The notes below the pieces were generated by a model, which saw nothing but the letters and a program-made list of their open reading frames with translations, had not been told where the DNA came from and searched no databases. From an uncultured archaeon (lineage in GTDB: Archaea; Hadarchaeota; Hadarchaeia; Hadarchaeales; WYZ-LMO6), in the NCBI GenBank assembly GCA_938074535.1, contig CALJER010000036.1, forward strand, positions 1-11,073: DNA of 11,073 nucleotides. Direction: 5' to 3'. The translations under genes were made by a program, and so were the position numbers. This document shows positions 6,923 through 11,073 of this stretch, piece by piece (position 1 is the stretch's first letter; every line of letters starts with the position of its first letter).

Positions 6923-8044
6923 TCAGGAGTGCAGCTCCACCACATCTCCGTCCTGCAGGGGGTAGTCCCTGGGCACCCACTGTCCGGGGAAGCGGGTGGA
7001 CCCCCACACCCTGGCCGACCTCATCCCCCTCTCCAGCTCCTTGTGGATGGCCCTGGCCACGTCCAGGGGGGTGGACCCCCTGGGGAGGACCAGGGGGTTC
7101 TCCGAGGGCCCCTCGTTGGGTCTCTTGGTGTAGATCCTGATGAGGCCCAGGCTCTCGAAGATCTCCCTCTTGAGCTCCTCCGGGGGCTTTCCCGCGTCGA
7201 TCACCTTGAGGCCCTCGGGCGGCTCTCCCACCGCCGGGGAGAGATCGGTTTTGGTGAGGAGAACGAAGCAGGGGCGATAGACCACCGACCCCTCCAGGAT
7301 TTCCTCCAGCGTCCGGAGGCTCACCCTCTCCTCCACCACCACCAGCGCGTTGTGGATCCCGTGCTCCCTGAGGAGCTCCTTGATTCCCTCCTCCCCCCCC
7401 TCCGCCAGCTCCTTCCCCCTTATCACGATTCCACCCTCCCCCCTTCTCTCGATGGTCACCCTGGGCGGGGAGCGGTTCAGCCTCACCCCGCTCTCCTCCA
7501 GCTCCCTCACCAGGGTTTTCACTTGGGAGAGGATGTCGGAGGAGGCATCCACCACCAGGGCGATCACGTCCGCGTTCCTGGCCGCGCTCAGGGGCTGGGC
7601 CCCCAGACCCCTGCCCAGGCTCGATCCCTCCACGAGGGAGGGAATTTCCACGAGCTGGACCTGCACGTCCTCGTAGTTCATCATCCCGGGGACGGGGAGC
7701 CTGGTGGTGAAGGGGTACTCCGCCACCTCCGGTCTGGCGTTCGTGAGCTTCCTCAGCAGGGTGGACTTGCCGGAGTTGGGCAGCCCCACCAGCGCCACCT
7801 GGGCGCAGCCCTCCTTCTTCACGGCGAAGCTCGGTCCCCCGCCCCTCCTCTTTTCCCTCCCCTCCAGCTCCCTTCTGAGCTTGGCCAGTCTACGCTTGAG
7901 CACCCTGAGGAGCTTCTCCGTGCCCTTGTGCTTGGGGGCAATCCTGATCAGCTCCTGCGTGGCCAGGATCTTTTCCTCCAGGGTCCTGGCCTGCAGGTAC
8001 TTCTGCTCGACCTTGAAGTACTCGGGCGGGAGGTTGGCTGGCAT
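6923..8044 (-). CDS. DRG/Obg-family GTP-binding protein with C-terminal TGS domain
   Basis: N-terminal MPANLPPEY and PKHKGTEK, G1 GLPNSGKS, G2 YPFTT, G4 TKTD, and TGS domain (LIRIYTK ... ARVWGS ... LQDGDVVE). Confidence 0.92.
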   Translation of the reverse strand: MPANLPPEYFKVEQKYLQARTLEEKILATQELIRIAPKHKGTEKLLRVLKRRLAKLRRELEGREKRRGGGPSFAVKKEGCAQVALVGLPNSGKSTLLRKLTNARPEVAEYPFTTRLPVPGMMNYEDVQVQLVEIPSLVEGSSLGRGLGAQPLSAARNADVIALVVDASSDILSQVKTLVRELEESGVRLNRSPPRVTIERRGEGGIVIRGKELAEGGEEGIKELLREHGIHNALVVVEERVSLRTLEEILEGSVVYRPCFVLLTKTDLSPAVGEPPEGLKVIDAGKPPEELKREIFESLGLIRIYTKRPNEGPSENPLVLPRGSTPLDVARAIHKELERGMRSARVWGSTRFPGQWVPRDYPLQDGDVVELHS

Positions 8045-8049
8045 CCGCG

Positions 8050-8910
8050 CTAGCTTCCCGGCCTCTCACCCCAGGAGGCCCACTTCCTGAAGAGCTCCTC
8101 TTGGACCCTGAGGGCCCTCGAGGGATCGAAGGGTGCCTTCCTCGCCTCACCCTTGGTGGGGATGAAGATTTCGCTGCCTTCGTCCCTGAAGGGGCAGGGA
8201 GGATAGAAGGGGTGCGGTTTCCCGCTCCTCACGCCCGTCACCCCCTCCTCGGGGCAAACCCTGAGCATGAACCCCCTGCACCCCACCAGCCCCCTCAGGG
8301 AGGGGAGGTGCTCCAGCAGCAGGAAGTAGAGCTGGGAGGCCAGGCACCTGAACTCCGGGGAGGACCTGACGCAGAGCCTCAGGCCCAGGAGGTTCAGGAG
8401 GGAGCGGAGGTTGAGGGTCACGTGGTAGACCCCCACCGCCAGGCAGAAGGGGAGCACGTATCTGGCAGCCTCCCTGGGCAGGCCGCTCTCCAGCATCGCC
8501 TCGTACTCCCTCAGGGCTTCCTCCACCGCCCTCCAGAAGCCCCTGACGGAGGGGTCGTCCTCCCCCCTCCCCAGCAGGTGCCAGGGGACTATCACCTCGT
8601 AGACGCGTTTTTCCTTCCCCATCCCCTCGTCCGCCCTGATGTACCTGGTGGAGAAGCCGGAGTGGCTCGCCATCCTGTGTTCGAGGAACTCGGGCGCGAT
8701 CCCCTTCGACATCTTCACGTCGAACTTGACCACCACGTGCTCCAGGGCGGAGCCGTAGTCGTTCCTCACCATCATCCGGAAGACCTCCTCCTCCCCCAGC
8801 GCCTCGGGCACGCCCGAAAGCCTGGCGGAGTAGACCACCTCCCTCCAGGCGTCCTTCCCTCCCACCACCTGGAAGTTCCACACTGAGGGCTTCACTGCCT
8901 TGGTCTCCAT
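8050..8910 (-). CDS. thyX: ThyX-family (flavin-dependent thymidylate synthase-like) protein with altered active-site motif
   Basis: SALEH, xHR-x7-S-x-RY ([14 protein letters not shown]), [15 protein letters not shown]...LR and PEFR. It lies 5 nt upstream of the GTPase gene, probably in the same operon. Confidence 0.8.
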   Translation of the reverse strand: METKAVKPSVWNFQVVGGKDAWREVVYSARLSGVPEALGEEEVFRMMVRNDYGSALEHVVVKFDVKMSKGIAPEFLEHRMASHSGFSTRYIRADEGMGKEKRVYEVIVPWHLLGRGEDDPSVRGFWRAVEEALREYEAMLESGLPREAARYVLPFCLAVGVYHVTLNLRSLLNLLGLRLCVRSSPEFRCLASQLYFLLLEHLPSLRGLVGCRGFMLRVCPEEGVTGVRSGKPHPFYPPCPFRDEGSEIFIPTKGEARKAPFDPSRALRVQEELFRKWASWGERPGS

Positions 8911-8959
8911 CTTCTACCCTCGTCTTTTCCCCCACTTATCCTTGAGGGTCGCCGGGGGA

Positions 8960-9626
8960 TCAGCGCTGGAGCTTCCTGTGGCAGAGCCACCAGTCGAAGC
9001 ACTCTATCTCCCCGGTCCTCGCCTTCTCCAGCCTCTCCTGCGCGGTCCTCACGGTGCTCGCGGGAGGCACGATCACGCGGCCGCCGATCAGCTCGTTGCT
9101 GGGCCAGTTGGCCGGCATGGCCACCCCGTGTCTGTCCGAGAGCTGCATGGCTTCCACCACCCTCAGGATCTCGTCTGTGTTCCTCCCCAGCTGCTGGGGG
9201 TAGTAGAGGATGAGGCGTATCTTTCCCTCCGCGTCCACCACGAAGACGGCCCTCACCGTGTTGGTGCCCTTCCCCGGGTGGATGGGCCCCCGGCCTCTCC
9301 GCCACGGCTCCGGTGTCGGAGATGGTGGGGAACTGTATCTCCACCCCCAGCTTTTCCCCGATCCACTCCGTCCACTTCAGGTGGGAGAACACATGGTCCG
9401 CGCTGAGGCCTATGGGCTCGCAGTTCAGGGATCCGAACTTTTCATACCTCTTCTGGAAGGCCGCGAGCTCCGTGGTGCGGACCGGGGTGAAGTCGGCCGG
9501 GCGGCTGAAGAGCACGAACCACCTTCCGGCGCAGTCGTTCGGCGGGAGTTTTTCACCGTGCGTGGTCCTGACCTTCATCTCGGGGAACCCGTCTCCCAGC
9601 AGGGGCATTCCTTTCCCCTCTTCCAT
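8960..9626 (-). pseudogene. Peroxiredoxin (archaeal Prx6/AhpC-type) pseudogene
   Basis: The N-half ([23 protein letters not shown]) and C-half ([28 protein letters not shown]) are in different frames, with a +1 G in the G5 run at 9287-9291. The peroxidatic Cys codon is CGC (Arg) at 9477-9479. Confidence 0.9.
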
Positions 9627-9648
9627 CTCCTAGCCTTCGGGGGAGCGC

Positions 9649-9656
9649 TTTTTAAT
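9649..9656. promoter_or_regulatory. Putative shared TATA element between the divergent peroxiredoxin and tsaA genes
   Basis: TTTTTAAT / ATTAAAAA is a single AT island about 23-25 nt from both start codons (9626 and 9681). Confidence 0.5.
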
Positions 9657-9680
9657 CCTGTTGCCAACTCCCGTGGGGGC

Positions 9681-10166
9681 ATGCCGGTGGAGCTCAGGCC
9701 GGTGGGGGTGGTGAGGGTGGGTCTGACCGACGAGCAGGTGAGGGAGGCGTGGAGGTCGGGAGGGGTGGAGGGTGAGGTGGAGATCTACCCCGAGTACGAG
9801 CGGGCGCTGGAGGGAATAGAGGGCTTCTCCCACCTCAGGCTGGTGGTGTGGCTGCACAAGGTGGGGGAGGAGGAGAGGAGGGTCCTGAAGGTCAGGCCCA
9901 GGAGGTGGCTCAGGCTGGGGCTGCCGGAGGAGGAGGTGCCTGAGGTGGGGGTCTTCTGCACGGACTCGCCCCACCGCCCCAATCCCCTGGGCATGACGGT
10001 GGTGAAGGTGGAGGGGAGGAGGGGGAGGTTCCTCAGGGTCTCGGGCCTGGACCTCTTCGACGGCACCCCCGTGCTGGACATAAGGCCCTGCGTCCCCCGC
10101 CGGATCTCTCCGGAGCCCACCGTGCCCGAGTGGTTCAGGAAGGCAGCGGAAGAACTAAAAAAGTGA
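9681..10166 (+). CDS. tsaA: TsaA/TrmO (YaeB/AF0241 family) SAM-binding tRNA m6t6A37 methyltransferase-like protein
   Basis: Motifs LRPVGVV, LEGIEGFSHL, GVFCTDSPHRPNPLG and GLDLFDGTPVLDI. The true start is ATG 9681; the upstream extension of the 318-aa track ORF is antisense to the peroxiredoxin. Confidence 0.9.
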   Translation: MPVELRPVGVVRVGLTDEQVREAWRSGGVEGEVEIYPEYERALEGIEGFSHLRLVVWLHKVGEEERRVLKVRPRRWLRLGLPEEEVPEVGVFCTDSPHRPNPLGMTVVKVEGRRGRFLRVSGLDLFDGTPVLDIRPCVPRRISPEPTVPEWFRKAAEELKK

Positions 10167-10182
10167 GGGGGAAGGGGGAAAG

Positions 10183-10545
10183 ATGGGTAAGGAAGAGGAG
10201 ATGCTGGAGGAGCTGAGGCGCATCAGGGCGCTCCTCGAGCCCAAGCCTTCCCCTCCTCCCCCCAAGGGCTTCCGGGCGGAGTTTCTGGACTTCCTCTCCA
10301 GGTACAGGGTGCTGGGGATGGCGGTGGCCTTCATCCTGGGCCTTTACCTGGGCGCGCTGGTTCAGGCCCTGGCGGGTGACCTGATCATGCCCCTCATTCA
10401 GCTGGTTACCCCCGGGCCCTGGGAGGAGGTGGAGGTGGGTCCCTTCAGGGTGGGCCACTTCGTGGGCGCCCTCATAACCTTCCTCATCGTTGCCCTTGTG
10501 GTCTTCCTCATCGTGAAGGCCGCGAAGAGGTGGCACATCGAGTAG
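10183..10545 (+). CDS. mscL: Large-conductance mechanosensitive channel MscL-family protein
   Basis: S1 helix EFLDFL, TM1 MAVAFILG...LVQALAGDLIMPLI and TM2 GHFVGALITFLIVALVVFLIVK. Confidence 0.9.
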   Translation: MGKEEEMLEELRRIRALLEPKPSPPPPKGFRAEFLDFLSRYRVLGMAVAFILGLYLGALVQALAGDLIMPLIQLVTPGPWEEVEVGPFRVGHFVGALITFLIVALVVFLIVKAAKRWHIE

Positions 10546-10585
10546 CCCCCATCTGCCCCAAGGCTCTGGAGGGGGCGGGATCGTA

Positions 10586-11073
10586 ACTTTACGAGGCTCC
10601 TTACTGAAACACAAGCTTGTACACGCTATCCCCCTAAGTAAAGCTGACTTTCAATCCTCACTTTACGAGGCTCCTTACTGAAACTCCAGCCGAATTCTCC
10701 CCTTCCTCCATTTCAAAGGGCTTTCAATCCTCACTTTACGAGGCTCCTTACTGAAACCTTCGGCCCGGTGAATGCTGAATCCGTGGTAGGTCCCTTTCAA
10801 TCCTCACTTTACGAGGCTCCTTACTGAAACGCCCAGGACCGCTCCGCTGACCGCGGCGGTCCAGCCCTTTCAATCCTCACTTTACGAGGCTCCTTACTGA
10901 AACGGTAAGCAAAGGGTGATTGGTATGAAAATCTGGAAAGCTTTCAATCCTCACTTTACGAGGCTCCTTACTGAAACGGGTGAGCCCCATTTTTTACATG
11001 CGGGGCATAGGACTTTCAATCCTCACTTTACGAGGCTCCTTACTGAAACACCATATCTGGCTGGCCAGCCAGT
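10586..11073 (-). CRISPR. CRISPR array, trailer end; repeat GTTTCAGTAAGGAGCCTCGTAAAGTGAGGATTGAAAG (37 nt, minus strand)
   Basis: Six identical 37-bp repeats at 10648-10684, 10721-10757, 10794-10830, 10867-10903, 10941-10977 and 11013-11049, plus a degenerate one (exact match 10586-10610). Unique spacers are 37, 36, 36, 36, 37 and 35 bp, with a partial seventh running off the window. The ATTGAAAG 3' end and the position of the degenerate repeat both indicate minus-strand transcription. Confidence 0.98.

Noticed and set aside
9287-9291. Programmed frameshift or phase variation in the peroxiredoxin
   Set aside because: The G5 run is short, and the restored protein would still lack the peroxidatic Cys and carry many damaging substitutions.
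8960-9626. Diversity-generating retroelement or RNA-editing-type A mutagenesis as the cause of the substitutions
   Set aside because: There is no reverse transcriptase or template repeat in the window, and the changes include both A>G and T>C on the same strand, unlike strand-specific A-to-N mutagenesis.
9210-9680. N-terminal extension of tsaA in the 318-aa ORF
   Set aside because: It is antisense to the peroxiredoxin. Family similarity starts at ATG 9681, which has a TATA-like element upstream.
10552-10580. GC hairpin between mscL and the CRISPR trailer as a terminator
   Set aside because: The stem is imperfect, has no T-tract on either strand, and overlaps the degenerate repeat.
13-10614. 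Many long overlapping or antisense ORFs (e.g. 13-819, 816-1994, 4211-5467, 6575-8053, 10135-10614)
   Set aside because: These are expected shadow ORFs in stop-poor GC-rich DNA. They have G/P/R-biased composition and overlap well-supported genes.
10685-10720. Spacer 2 resembling the peroxiredoxin start region (about 9607-9630) as self-targeting
   Set aside because: Only a short pyrimidine-rich similarity with several mismatches, consistent with chance.
10758-10793. Spacer 3 translating as FGPVNAESVVG (signal peptidase box E-like)
   Set aside because: Eleven residues is too short, and the opposite strand gives an equally plausible peptide.

Overview
GC-rich archaeal genomic window. The archaeal call rests on nop5/fibrillarin, a type II MetAP, AGG/ATA codon use, GGTGA/GGAG ribosome-binding sites and short TTTAA-type TATA islands; the lineage cannot be fixed from the sequence alone. 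Left to right: nop5 (5'-truncated) and fibrillarin, an MFS transporter, type II methionine aminopeptidase, a four-gene minus-strand Trk K+ uptake cluster (trkA, an unannotated 49-aa membrane peptide, trkH, an exported OB-fold protein with a CxxH motif), thioredoxin, a DRG/Obg-family TGS GTPase, a divergent ThyX-like flavoprotein, a frameshifted peroxiredoxin pseudogene, tsaA/trmO, an MscL with its coiled-coil helix apparently moved to the N-terminus, and the trailer end of a CRISPR array (37-bp repeat, minus-strand orientation, no cas genes in the window). The most notable observations are the two extra Trk-cluster genes, the ThyX-like protein with a remodelled active site, a strong A:T->G:C transition signature in the decaying peroxiredoxin (echoed in tsaA), and the apparently permuted MscL.
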